The position numbers were made by a program, and so were the translations under genes. From assembly GCA_045224495.1 (NCBI GenBank), contig JBGVAK010000086.1, positions 1 to 52,245 on the forward strand: 52,245 nt of DNA, in the 5' to 3' direction. The DNA is from Christensenellales bacterium. Its GTDB lineage: Bacteria > Bacillota > Clostridia > Christensenellales > CAG-138. Below are positions 16,504 through 24,860 of this stretch, in pieces (position 1 is the stretch's first letter; the number at the start of each line of letters is the position of its first letter). The notes beneath the pieces were generated by a model that saw only the letters and a list, made by a program, of their open reading frames with translations, ran no database searches and was not told the origin of the DNA.

Positions 16504-17394
16504 ATGCTGTCCGTTCTTTTCTCCATCTTCATGGGAGGCCTCATCGGCTACGGGACCAACACCCTGGCCGTGGAAATGCTCTTTCGGCCCTTCACGCCCA
16601 AATACATAGGAAAATGGCAGTTGCCCTTCACGCCCGGCCTAATCCCCAAGGAGCAGGGCCGCATCGCGGAGAGCCTGGGCGAGGTCATCGAACAGGAGCT
16701 TTTCTCCCCTGAGGTCGTTTCAAAAGCCCTGGACACGCCCGAGGCGAAGGCTTCCATCGCTTCCTGGCTGGACGGTCTGTTTGCCTCAGCCGCTGCCTCC
16801 GAAAAGACGCCCCGGGAGCTGCTCATAGAGGTGTTCGGCGAAGAGGGATACAAGCAAAAGCGGGAGGATCTCTCCTCCCTCCTCTGCACCTATTTCGTGA
16901 AGAAGGCTACCGAAGCCAAGTTGGGCGAATCCTTCGCCCGTCAGCTCTCCCACCGGACCGACAAGGCTATCCCCTTCCTGCCCAACGGGACCTTGGAGGA
17001 CGTGTACGTGAACACCCTGGGAAAGCTCATCGATCGAGAGCTGGAGAAGAGCCTGCCTGAGATCATCGAAAAGTACGTCTACCGGGAATCCGGCACCTTC
17101 CTGGGGACGCCTATCTCCGTGACGCTGAAAAAGCACGAGCAGGAGCTGCCCAAGCTGAAGGACGGCCTCCTGGGCCTTATCCACACCGCCATCCTGGGCG
17201 CGCTGCCCCAATTGTTAGGCTCCGGTCAGATCAAGCGCCTGGTGGTGGATCGCATCGACTCCCTGCAGCCCCAAGAGCTCAATACGCTTCTCAAAGGCCT
17301 AATGAAAAAGGAGCTGGCCGCCATAGAATGGCTGGGCGCGCTCCTGGGCGGCATCTTAGGTGCTGTGACCTATTTTGCCGGAAGAATGTTCTGA
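16504..17394 (+). CDS. DUF445-like membrane protein
   Basis: N-terminal GGLIGYGTNTLAVEMLFRP and C-terminal ELAAIEWLGALLGGILG are typical of the family. Confidence 0.6.
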   Translation: MLSVLFSIFMGGLIGYGTNTLAVEMLFRPFTPKYIGKWQLPFTPGLIPKEQGRIAESLGEVIEQELFSPEVVSKALDTPEAKASIASWLDGLFASAAASEKTPRELLIEVFGEEGYKQKREDLSSLLCTYFVKKATEAKLGESFARQLSHRTDKAIPFLPNGTLEDVYVNTLGKLIDRELEKSLPEIIEKYVYRESGTFLGTPISVTLKKHEQELPKLKDGLLGLIHTAILGALPQLLGSGQIKRLVVDRIDSLQPQELNTLLKGLMKKELAAIEWLGALLGGILGAVTYFAGRMF

Positions 17395-17399
17395 TGTCT

Positions 17400-18146
17400 T
17401 TATATCTTATCCGTCACATGTTTCAATAGAATCGCCGTGGTCAAGGCGCCAACGCCGCCTTTGAAGGGGGCATAGTTCTCCACTATGGGAGGTACCTCCT
17501 CCTCCACTACGTCGCCGCCCACGTTGATGACCGTCTGGCCGGGTCGCACGCAATCCTTTCCGATCAGGCCTGCCTTGCCCGTGGCGCAGACCAGGATGTC
17601 CGCTTGACGACAGAGCTCCGGAAGCTTTTGCGTCTTGCTGTGGCAGATGGTCACGGTGGCGTCCCGGTCGATAAGCAGCATGGCAAGCGGCCGCCCCACC
17701 GTCATGGACCGACTCAAAATCACTGCGTGCCGGCCTGATATGGGGATGCCGTAGTATTCCAACAGCCGTACGCAGGACTCCGCCGTGCAGGGCGTGTTGC
17801 GGGGAAACGATGTAAGCCCCCCCACGTACAGGGTATGATGGCTGTTGGGATCTCGACCATCCACATCCAGCTCCTCCGGGATGGTGACCGGCAGCTTGGT
17901 CTTGCTGAGCACGATCATGCCCCCCAGCTCGTAAGGCGGCAGGTCCCATCCTTCGGACAGGGGATGGGCATAAAAAGGAATGCCATGGGCCTCGCTGGCG
18001 CGCTGGATGCTCCTGAGATACCAGCCGGCAGGCACGTCATCCGGCTCATAGACGGCAAACAGGCCAGGGATAGACGATGCACCCTTGACCCGCTGGTCGA
18101 TCTCAGCATATAGCTGCTCCGCTGGCTGTTTTCCGGTAAGCAGCAT
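17400..18146 (-). CDS. FolD-fold protein (methylene-THF dehydrogenase/cyclohydrolase-like), apparently lacking the catalytic lysine
   Basis: Start at MLLTGKQ (ATG 18146, TGATG overlap). DVDG, RSMTVGRP, ICHSKT and GGVGALT are conserved, but the YxxxK region reads WYLRSIQ. Confidence 0.7.
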   Translation of the reverse strand: MLLTGKQPAEQLYAEIDQRVKGASSIPGLFAVYEPDDVPAGWYLRSIQRASEAHGIPFYAHPLSEGWDLPPYELGGMIVLSKTKLPVTIPEELDVDGRDPNSHHTLYVGGLTSFPRNTPCTAESCVRLLEYYGIPISGRHAVILSRSMTVGRPLAMLLIDRDATVTICHSKTQKLPELCRQADILVCATGKAGLIGKDCVRPGQTVINVGGDVVEEEVPPIVENYAPFKGGVGALTTAILLKHVTDKI

Positions 18147-18784
18147 CAGGCGTCCTCCTCCAGACAGACCTCCTTGAAATAGGGCAAGCTCTCGATCATA
18201 TGACAGAAGTCGTGCCACTCCGTGAGCTTATGGTCCTTCCGGGACCAGTACATGTGGAGCAGCACCTCGTAGTTGAGCTGCACCGTGGCCCGCATGCAGT
18301 ACCCCTCGGGCAGCAGCTCGATGAGGGCCCGCCAATACTTCTTCTCCTTGGTGGCGTTGAAATCCAGGCGGAGCCGTTCGCAGGCGGCGACGACCGCGTC
18401 CAAAGCCTCCTGAGCGTAGGGGACCTCGTCGATGCCGTCATGGGCAAAGTCCTCAGTGGTGAAGGTCTTAGAGTGGATCTTGTGCATTTTGGAGCAGGAG
18501 TTGCGGACCGTGCCCACTTTGTAGGTATCGAACTCGAACCACCAGGGCTGCATGGCGGTGATGTCCATGGTAACGTTGATCATGCGCAGGTACTTCCTGT
18601 GATCGCTGCCCGCCTTCCGAAGCCGCTTCATGAGGTCCAGGTCATTGGGGCCGATCTGGGCGGTCTCCTCCCCGTTCTCATAGGTGATGGTGCTGTCGCC
18701 CTTCTTCCAGCTGTTCAGGGGGTTGCGCATGCCCCTGAGCGCGGCGGCAAAGCCGGTGACGGAAATGTTCTCGATGGTGATCAT
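18146..18784 (-). CDS. ThyX/Thy1-fold protein with a degenerate RHRxxS signature
   Basis: By-eye alignment to ThyX: AALRGMRNP, KAGSDHRKYLRMINVTMDI, and WSRKDHKLTEW versus LRADSHAQWE. The RHRIAS position reads DTYKVG. SD AAGGAGAGGG. Confidence 0.5.
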   Translation of the reverse strand: MITIENISVTGFAAALRGMRNPLNSWKKGDSTITYENGEETAQIGPNDLDLMKRLRKAGSDHRKYLRMINVTMDITAMQPWWFEFDTYKVGTVRNSCSKMHKIHSKTFTTEDFAHDGIDEVPYAQEALDAVVAACERLRLDFNATKEKKYWRALIELLPEGYCMRATVQLNYEVLLHMYWSRKDHKLTEWHDFCHMIESLPYFKEVCLEEDA

Positions 18785-18813
18785 TCGTATTCCCTCTCCT
18801 TTTTTCTCAAAGC

Positions 18814-19794
18814 TTATAGCAGGTTGCTCCGCAGCTCCTGGGCGGACAGAGGCGATAGCAGGCCCAGCGGCACGTCGAAAGCGGTGAAACAGCCCGTACG
18901 CCCCTGCTGGTGGAGCCCATAACAGGCCCGACCGAAGGCGGTCATGACGGCGCCGGTGAACATGGGGTTGGAGTCCAATTCCAGCTTGTACTCCATGAGG
19001 GAAGAATACTGCCGCTCAGGCCCCAGCCTGCCGCTGCGGATCACGAACCCGCCGTGGGGCATGGCGCTGTGCTCCGCCGCCATCTCCTCCGCGGAGATGA
19101 AGTTGACCGTAGTGTCGTAGGCGTCGAAGTAGTTGGGCATGGTGACGATCTCCTGGGCCACCCGCTGGGGATCGGCTCCATCCTGCAGTACCACGTATAC
19201 GTCCCGGGTGTGCTTTTCCCGAGCCGTAAACCCGCCCTCGCCCTTGCGGACGGCGTTGACGGTCTTCTGTACGGGGATGGTGTACTGCCGAGCGTCCGCC
19301 ACGCCTTCGATGCGCCGGACCGCGTCGGAATGACCCTGGCTCACGCCGGGTCCCCAGAAGGTGTCCCCCGTGCCCTCCGGCAGGATGGCCGTCCCCAGGA
19401 GCCGCATCATCGAAAAGAGGCCCGGGTCCCAGCCCGTGCTGATGATGGCCGTGGTCATGCCCTCTCTAGCGGCAGCGTCCACATTGGCAAAGTGCTCCGG
19501 GATGCGAGCGTGAGTGTCGAAGGTGTCCACTACACAATACCGCTTCGCCAGCGCCGGCGTCTGTTCGGGCAGGTCCGTGGCGCTGCCGCCGCAAAGGAGC
19601 AGCACGTCCACGTCCGCCTTTTGTTCCGTCAGCGCTGTCATGGGATAGATAGCCGTGTCCTCACGAAGAGCGTGTACCGACGATGGCGAACGGCGGGTGA
19701 ATATGCCCGTCAAGACCATATCCTCGCTCTGCAGGACAGCGGATTCCGCCCCCCGTCCCACGTTGCCGTATCCAACGATGCCGACACGAATCAT
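18814..19794 (-). CDS. ddh: meso-diaminopimelate D-dehydrogenase
   Basis: MIRVGIVGYGNVGRG, STGWDPG and GPGVSQGHSDA motifs. Confidence 0.85.
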   Translation of the reverse strand: MIRVGIVGYGNVGRGAESAVLQSEDMVLTGIFTRRSPSSVHALREDTAIYPMTALTEQKADVDVLLLCGGSATDLPEQTPALAKRYCVVDTFDTHARIPEHFANVDAAAREGMTTAIISTGWDPGLFSMMRLLGTAILPEGTGDTFWGPGVSQGHSDAVRRIEGVADARQYTIPVQKTVNAVRKGEGGFTAREKHTRDVYVVLQDGADPQRVAQEIVTMPNYFDAYDTTVNFISAEEMAAEHSAMPHGGFVIRSGRLGPERQYSSLMEYKLELDSNPMFTGAVMTAFGRACYGLHQQGRTGCFTAFDVPLGLLSPLSAQELRSNLL

Positions 19795-19829
19795 TCCCTG
19801 TTCCCCTTTCGTGTTCTATAGTTGATAAC

Positions 19830-19858
19830 AGTATATAATTTTCTGGAGGTAAAGTCAA
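19830..19858 (-). promoter_or_regulatory. Sigma-A-type promoter of the ddh operon
   Basis: Minus strand reads TTGACT (19858-19853), N17, TATACT (19835-19830). Confidence 0.6.
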
Positions 19859-20574
19859 TCGTCTATGCCCATCTGTCCCTCCGCCAGGATGGGCATGGCG
19901 AAGGGAACGCGGGCGGTGATGCGGCCGTCCTGCCTTAGAGAGATGGGCTCCCCCAGGTATGTTGGCGACGGCTTGAAGGTTGCGTAGACCACATCCTTCA
20001 CCCGGGCCAGAGCTTCCCTGGCCTCATAGTACCGGATCCTTCCATATTCGCTCCTGTCCGCCGCCACGCCGTAGACCTCCATGTCCATCCGATCCGCCAG
20101 ATACACCGCCCGGTACAGGTGGAACCGTTGGGTGACCACCACGCAGCTTTTGGCGCCGAAGACGGCGGCAGCCCGGTACATGGTCTCGTAGGTGGAAAAC
20201 CCGGCGTGATCCAAAAAGATATCCACCTCCGGCACGCCCTGCTCCATGGCGTATGCCTTCATGGCAGTGACCTCGTCATAAGCGGCCGTGCCGTGGTCCC
20301 CGGACAGCAGCAGACGATCGGACGCCCCGGCCTCATATAGACCGATGGCGGTGTCCAGTCGGTCCTTCAGCTCGGCGCAAAGGGTACCGTCCCGGTAGAC
20401 TCGAGCACCGGGAACGATGATACAGTCCACCGACGTATCCTGCAGGGCGTTGGGCCAGCAGATCTGTGGGCTGGCCATGGCGAGCACCCGCAAATTGGCC
20501 AAAAGGCAGAACAGTCCTGTCAAAAGCCCGGACCAGAGGCCAGTTTTCATCAGTCGTTTCAGCATTTCATTCAC
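19855..20574 (-). CDS. SanA/YdcF (DUF218) family protein
   Basis: N-terminal TM helix, IIVPGA, LLLSGDHG and VVTQRFHLYRA motifs. Confidence 0.7.
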   Translation of the reverse strand: MNEMLKRLMKTGLWSGLLTGLFCLLANLRVLAMASPQICWPNALQDTSVDCIIVPGARVYRDGTLCAELKDRLDTAIGLYEAGASDRLLLSGDHGTAAYDEVTAMKAYAMEQGVPEVDIFLDHAGFSTYETMYRAAAVFGAKSCVVVTQRFHLYRAVYLADRMDMEVYGVAADRSEYGRIRYYEAREALARVKDVVYATFKPSPTYLGEPISLRQDGRITARVPFAMPILAEGQMGIDD

Positions 20575-20654
20575 TCCTCTCGTTGTACAAAGCGTATCAA
20601 AGAGATGCGGACGAAATGCGTCATAAAGTCGTACAAAACGCGGAATGAGTATGA

Positions 20655-20684
20655 ATAAAATAAAAACCGCCTTGCTCGGCGGTT
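20655..20684 (-). terminator. Intrinsic terminator after the pseudouridine synthase gene
   Basis: Minus strand reads AACCGCC-gagcaa-GGCGGTT followed by TTTATTTTATT. Confidence 0.7.
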
Positions 20685-21559
20685 CAGGAAAGCAGGCGCT
20701 GCATATCCGGCGGCAGAGGCGAGATGAACTCCTGCCGCTCCCCCGTGAGGGGATGGACGAATGCGAGCCTATGGGAGTGGAGGGCGGGGCGGTCTATGGC
20801 CGCCGACTTAGTCCCGTACAGCCAGTCCCCCGTCAGGGGATAGCCAAGATAGGCCATATGGACCCGCAGCTGGTGGGTGCGTCCCGTTTGGGGCAGGAGC
20901 CGCAGCAACGTCCGATTGCCGGTTGTGGACAGGGTCTCATAAATCGTCAGGCTCTCGGCACCGTCTGCCCGTACGCAGTGGCGATAGCTGGACCCCTCCG
21001 CCAGGCCGATGGGCGCGTCCACGGTGCCGACGGCAGGCGTGACGATCCCCTCCGCCACGGCCAGGTACTCCCGAAAGAAATCCTCTGAATGCAACCGCCG
21101 CTTCATGAGCTCGTGGACGTAGCCGGACTTCGCCACCAGCATGAGCCCCGTGGTCCCCTTATCGAGGCGGCTCACGAAGTGAGGGTACGCTCCTCCCGAT
21201 AGATACATCAGCAGCCCTTGTTCCAAGTTTTGCTCCGTGGGGTCCTTGGTGGGATGCACCGGCACGTGGGCGGGCTTATCGAGGACGAGCAGATCCTCGT
21301 CCTCATAGACGACGGTCAGGTCCATCTTCATGGGCATCAGGTGCCGGGGCGGCGCCGCGTCCCCCACCTGGGCCGTCACCACGTCCCCCGCCCGCAGCAC
21401 ATAGGCGGAGTATACCTTCTGCCCGTTGACGCAGATGCCGTCCGTCCGATGCTTTAGCCGGGACAGAAGGCCGCGGGAGATCTGCAGCGGGCCCAGGAGC
21501 ACCTTTTCCACCCGCTGCCCGGCGTCATGCTCTGTGGCGGTATAGGTCAGGATACGCAT
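20684..21559 (-). CDS. RluA-family 23S rRNA pseudouridine synthase (RluD-like, with S4 domain)
   Basis: Start at MRILTY. HRLDKGTTGL catalytic motif and GRTHQLRVH. Confidence 0.85.
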   Translation of the reverse strand: MRILTYTATEHDAGQRVEKVLLGPLQISRGLLSRLKHRTDGICVNGQKVYSAYVLRAGDVVTAQVGDAAPPRHLMPMKMDLTVVYEDEDLLVLDKPAHVPVHPTKDPTEQNLEQGLLMYLSGGAYPHFVSRLDKGTTGLMLVAKSGYVHELMKRRLHSEDFFREYLAVAEGIVTPAVGTVDAPIGLAEGSSYRHCVRADGAESLTIYETLSTTGNRTLLRLLPQTGRTHQLRVHMAYLGYPLTGDWLYGTKSAAIDRPALHSHRLAFVHPLTGERQEFISPLPPDMQRLLS

Positions 21560-22578
21560 GCGTCCAATGCTGCCAACAGTTCCTCGATCAGAGTCAGCTT
21601 CTTTTCCGGCGCCATAAACGAAACCCGGACGCTGTTGATGTTGCAGCGGATGATATCCTGCACCGTAAGGCCCATATACTCCCTGCACCGGTCGTATTCC
21701 TTGTCAAGGTCGATGTCGGAGAGGATCATGTTGTCCGTGTTGATGGTGCAGTTCACGCCCATGTCCATCAGTTTTTTCAGCGGGTGCGCCTCATAGGAGG
21801 GCCGGGTGCTGCACTGGATGTTGCTGGTGGGGCACACCTCCAGCGTGACCCCGTCCCGGATGGCCCGGGCGCACAGGGCTCTGTCCTCAAAGATATGGTG
21901 GCCGTGGCCGATACGCTTCGTACCGAAGTCCATGGCAGCCAGCACGGTCTCAGGCCCCTGGCTGTCCCCGGCGTGGCAGGTGAAGGGCACTCCCAGCTCC
22001 TTGGCCAGAGCGAATACCGGCGCAAAGCCGGACAGGGGCGTCAATCCCTCCGCTCCGGCCAGATCGATAGCCACTACGCCCTCCTGCAACGCCCGAGCCG
22101 CTTCGCGGACCGTCTGCAGGTTTTGCTCCATATTGACGCGGTAGTCGCCTACGCACATGGCGCACAGGATCACGCCGATATCCAGGGCAGGATGCTCCTT
22201 CATGCCCCGTTTCACGCCCGCGAGGACCGCCTCCACCGCGTCCCGCTGGGTGAGGCCCTTTCTAAGATGCAGCTGGGGCGCGAAGCGTATCTCCGCGTAC
22301 CGAAGGCCTTGCCCGGCCAGGAGGCAGACCAGCTCGAAGGCCGTGCGCTCCAGGGCGTCCCTATCCTGCAGTATCTGCAGCGGCATCTCGAACCGCTTCA
22401 GATACTCGTTGACGCTTCGGCAGTCCGCCGTCACCACGATGAACTGGCGAAAGTCCTCCAAGGTTTCGGCGGGCAGCCGAATGCCCCGCTCCGCCGCCAT
22501 CTCCCAGGCGCTTTCAGGCAACATGGACCCATCCAGATGCAGATGCAGATCGACCTTGGGAAAATTGTATTTGCTCAT
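21547..22578 (-). CDS. add: Adenosine deaminase
   Basis: Start at MSKYNFPKVDLHLHLDGS with SD AGGAG. HAGD, GHGHH and TINTDN motifs. Confidence 0.85.
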   Translation of the reverse strand: MSKYNFPKVDLHLHLDGSMLPESAWEMAAERGIRLPAETLEDFRQFIVVTADCRSVNEYLKRFEMPLQILQDRDALERTAFELVCLLAGQGLRYAEIRFAPQLHLRKGLTQRDAVEAVLAGVKRGMKEHPALDIGVILCAMCVGDYRVNMEQNLQTVREAARALQEGVVAIDLAGAEGLTPLSGFAPVFALAKELGVPFTCHAGDSQGPETVLAAMDFGTKRIGHGHHIFEDRALCARAIRDGVTLEVCPTSNIQCSTRPSYEAHPLKKLMDMGVNCTINTDNMILSDIDLDKEYDRCREYMGLTVQDIIRCNINSVRVSFMAPEKKLTLIEELLAALDACVS

Positions 22579-22648
22579 GTGTTCCGCTCCTGACCTTTTT
22601 TTGTATTGTACCACACCCTGCCCCGCCGCGCCACGACTTTTTCCTGCC

Positions 22649-22676
22649 TTGACAGGCAAAGTGCAACAGGTATAGT
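22649..22676 (+). promoter_or_regulatory. Sigma-A-type promoter
   Basis: TTGACA, N16, TATAGT upstream of the zinc-ribbon gene. Confidence 0.55.
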
Positions 22677-22730
22677 ATATTGTCGAAAGATGATGCTTTC
22701 TCCATACGGTATATAGAAAGGACGAACATT

Positions 22731-23288
22731 ATGCATTGCATCCATTGCGGCGCGCAGATCCCTGACACCGCCAAATTCTGCACCGCCTGCGGGCAGCCTG
22801 TCCAGGCTCCCGTCGTCGACGAGGATCCCGTCGCTGCCGAAGCTTCCGGCGAAGAAGCTACGGAGAGCTATACGGCCCCGGAGAACGCCTCCGAGGGGTA
22901 CAAGGCCGCCAACGCTCAGCTCCCCGCCTCCTATTCCAACCCCAACTACTCCTCTCAGACCGGCAGCGCCCCCGCCGCGCCCTCCGCCACCAACGGCCTT
23001 GCCATCGCGGGATTCGTGTGCTCGCTGGTCTTCTTCCCCGTGGGCTTGGGCGCCCTGACCGCCATCGCGGGCCTGATCCTCAGCATCATGGGTCTCAGCA
23101 CTGCCAAGACCCTGCCGGAGAACAAGGGCCACGGCCTTGCCCTGGCCGGCACCATCATCAGCGCCGTCCGCATCGCCATTACCCTGATCCTGATCATCGC
23201 CGCATTCTTCCTCGTGCTTCGAGGCGCGGGCCATGTGGGCCACGAGATCATCTCCAACTGGTCGGAGTACGTCCCCTACGGCAAGTAA
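22731..23288 (+). CDS. Zinc-ribbon / DUF4190-like membrane protein
   Basis: MHCIHCGAQIPDTAKFCTACG, a low-complexity linker, and two TM helices. SD GAAAGGA. Confidence 0.65.
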   Translation: MHCIHCGAQIPDTAKFCTACGQPVQAPVVDEDPVAAEASGEEATESYTAPENASEGYKAANAQLPASYSNPNYSSQTGSAPAAPSATNGLAIAGFVCSLVFFPVGLGALTAIAGLILSIMGLSTAKTLPENKGHGLALAGTIISAVRIAITLILIIAAFFLVLRGAGHVGHEIISNWSEYVPYGK

Positions 23289-23302
23289 ACATTGCTCCCA
23301 TC

Positions 23303-23328
23303 AAAAAAGCCCTTCACAGGGCTTTTTT
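23303..23328. terminator. Bidirectional intrinsic terminator
   Basis: AAAAAAGCCCT-tcac-AGGGCTTTTTT between convergent genes. Confidence 0.8.
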
Positions 23329-23886
23329 GCTTTCCTCGATCTTTTGTTCCGTGTCGATACGCATCTGCTCTCGCAGGGACGTGAGGTAGGGCGAAAAGGC
23401 AGCCTGATCGAATCCGTAGTTCAGATTGAGGGCGTACTCATGGGGCTCCCAACTGGAGAGGGGTGCCTCGTTGTGCTGGATGACCGCTTCCAGCTTGTCG
23501 AGAGCCTTGTAGATCTTCGCCTCCTGGGTGTCGAGTGCCCCCATTTCGGCATAGAGGTCCAGCATCCTGGTGGCATAGGGCTCCGGCAGGGACCGGGCCC
23601 AGCGAGAGAGCAGTTCCTCCTCCCGCGCTTCGTCTGCCTCCGTCTTGTTGAACGTGGGGATATCCCCCGTGAAGCATTCGCCCAGGTCATGGATGAGGCA
23701 CATTTCCATGACCCTATCCATGTCCGCCTCCGGGAATTCGTCCCGGAGGAAGAACGCCATGAGGGCGATGCGCCAGCTGTGCTCCGCCACGCTCTCAGGC
23801 CGGCCGCCGGAGGTGCAGCTATGCCGCGTGGCGTCCTTCAGCCGCTCGGCCACGTGCATCACGTCTAAAAACATCTTCGGGTCCAT
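23314..23886 (-). CDS. HD-domain phosphohydrolase (YfbR-like 5'-nucleotidase family)
   Basis: VAEHSWRIALMA and LIHDLGECFTGD (H...HD...D). Confidence 0.75.
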   Translation of the reverse strand: MDPKMFLDVMHVAERLKDATRHSCTSGGRPESVAEHSWRIALMAFFLRDEFPEADMDRVMEMCLIHDLGECFTGDIPTFNKTEADEAREEELLSRWARSLPEPYATRMLDLYAEMGALDTQEAKIYKALDKLEAVIQHNEAPLSSWEPHEYALNLNYGFDQAAFSPYLTSLREQMRIDTEQKIEESKKAL

Positions 23887-23895
23887 GGTTACCTC

Positions 23896-24846
23896 CTACA
23901 TCCTGTCCAGGAACGCCGCGCCGATGGTGCCCGCGTCGTTCCCCAGGGTAGCCCGTCGAATGGGCGGCACGCCCAGGATATCCGAGGCGAAGGCGTAACG
24001 GGGCAGCAGGGCGTTGAGCTTGTCCATCAGGTACTCCCTTTGATTGGAAAGCCCGCCGCCGATGAGCACCACGTCGGGCCGGAAGCAGGTGACCAGGGAA
24101 CCGATGGCGTTGGCAAGATATTTGCAGTAGTTTTCCACCACCTCAACGGCGGCCCTATCCCCTTGCTTGGAGCATTCAAAGGCCGTGCGCCCGTCCACCA
24201 GTCCCGCCTCTTTGGCATAGGCATGCATGGCGGAATCCGGGTCCACTGCCATGGCGCGGCGGGTCTGCTTCACCAAGGACGTGACGGAGCAATAGGCTTC
24301 GATGCATCCCTGCATGCCGCAGCCGCAGGTCTCTCCCTCCATGGCGAGGGTCATATGGCCCAGCTCCGCCCCCAGGCCCTGTCCGCCCACGAACAGCTTC
24401 CCGTCGGCGATGATGCCGCCGCCCACGCCGGTGCCCAGCGTCAGCATGACCACGTTCTCATAGCCCTTGGCGGCGCCGGCCAGGGTCTCCCCCACCACGG
24501 CGCAGTTGGCGTCGTTGCCCACGGACACGGGGGCGGGCAACAGCTTTTGGATGGCCTCCAAAAAGGGCACGTCATGCCAGCCGTTCAGGTTCGGAGCGGA
24601 AACCACCACGCCGGTCCTGGGATTCAACAATCCGGGGATGCCGATACCTACCGAGACGAACTCTTTCACGGCGAGCCCCGCTTCCTGAGCCGCCAGCTCG
24701 GCCGCGTGAGCGATGTTCTCTACCACCGCCTGATAGCAGGCGTCGCCGCCCGTGGGTACGCTGACCTTATGCAGGATGGCGCAGTGCTCGTCCACCACCC
24801 CGGCCTTGATAAAAGTACCTCCCACATCCACGCCTAAGCGAAGCAT
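23896..24846 (-). CDS. glcK: ROK-family glucokinase
   Basis: Start at MLRLGVDVGGT after AAGGAGG. GELGH...CGCGMQGCIE zinc motif. Confidence 0.85.
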   Translation of the reverse strand: MLRLGVDVGGTFIKAGVVDEHCAILHKVSVPTGGDACYQAVVENIAHAAELAAQEAGLAVKEFVSVGIGIPGLLNPRTGVVVSAPNLNGWHDVPFLEAIQKLLPAPVSVGNDANCAVVGETLAGAAKGYENVVMLTLGTGVGGGIIADGKLFVGGQGLGAELGHMTLAMEGETCGCGMQGCIEAYCSVTSLVKQTRRAMAVDPDSAMHAYAKEAGLVDGRTAFECSKQGDRAAVEVVENYCKYLANAIGSLVTCFRPDVVLIGGGLSNQREYLMDKLNALLPRYAFASDILGVPPIRRATLGNDAGTIGAAFLDRM

Positions 24847-24860
24847 TTTATTTACCTCCT

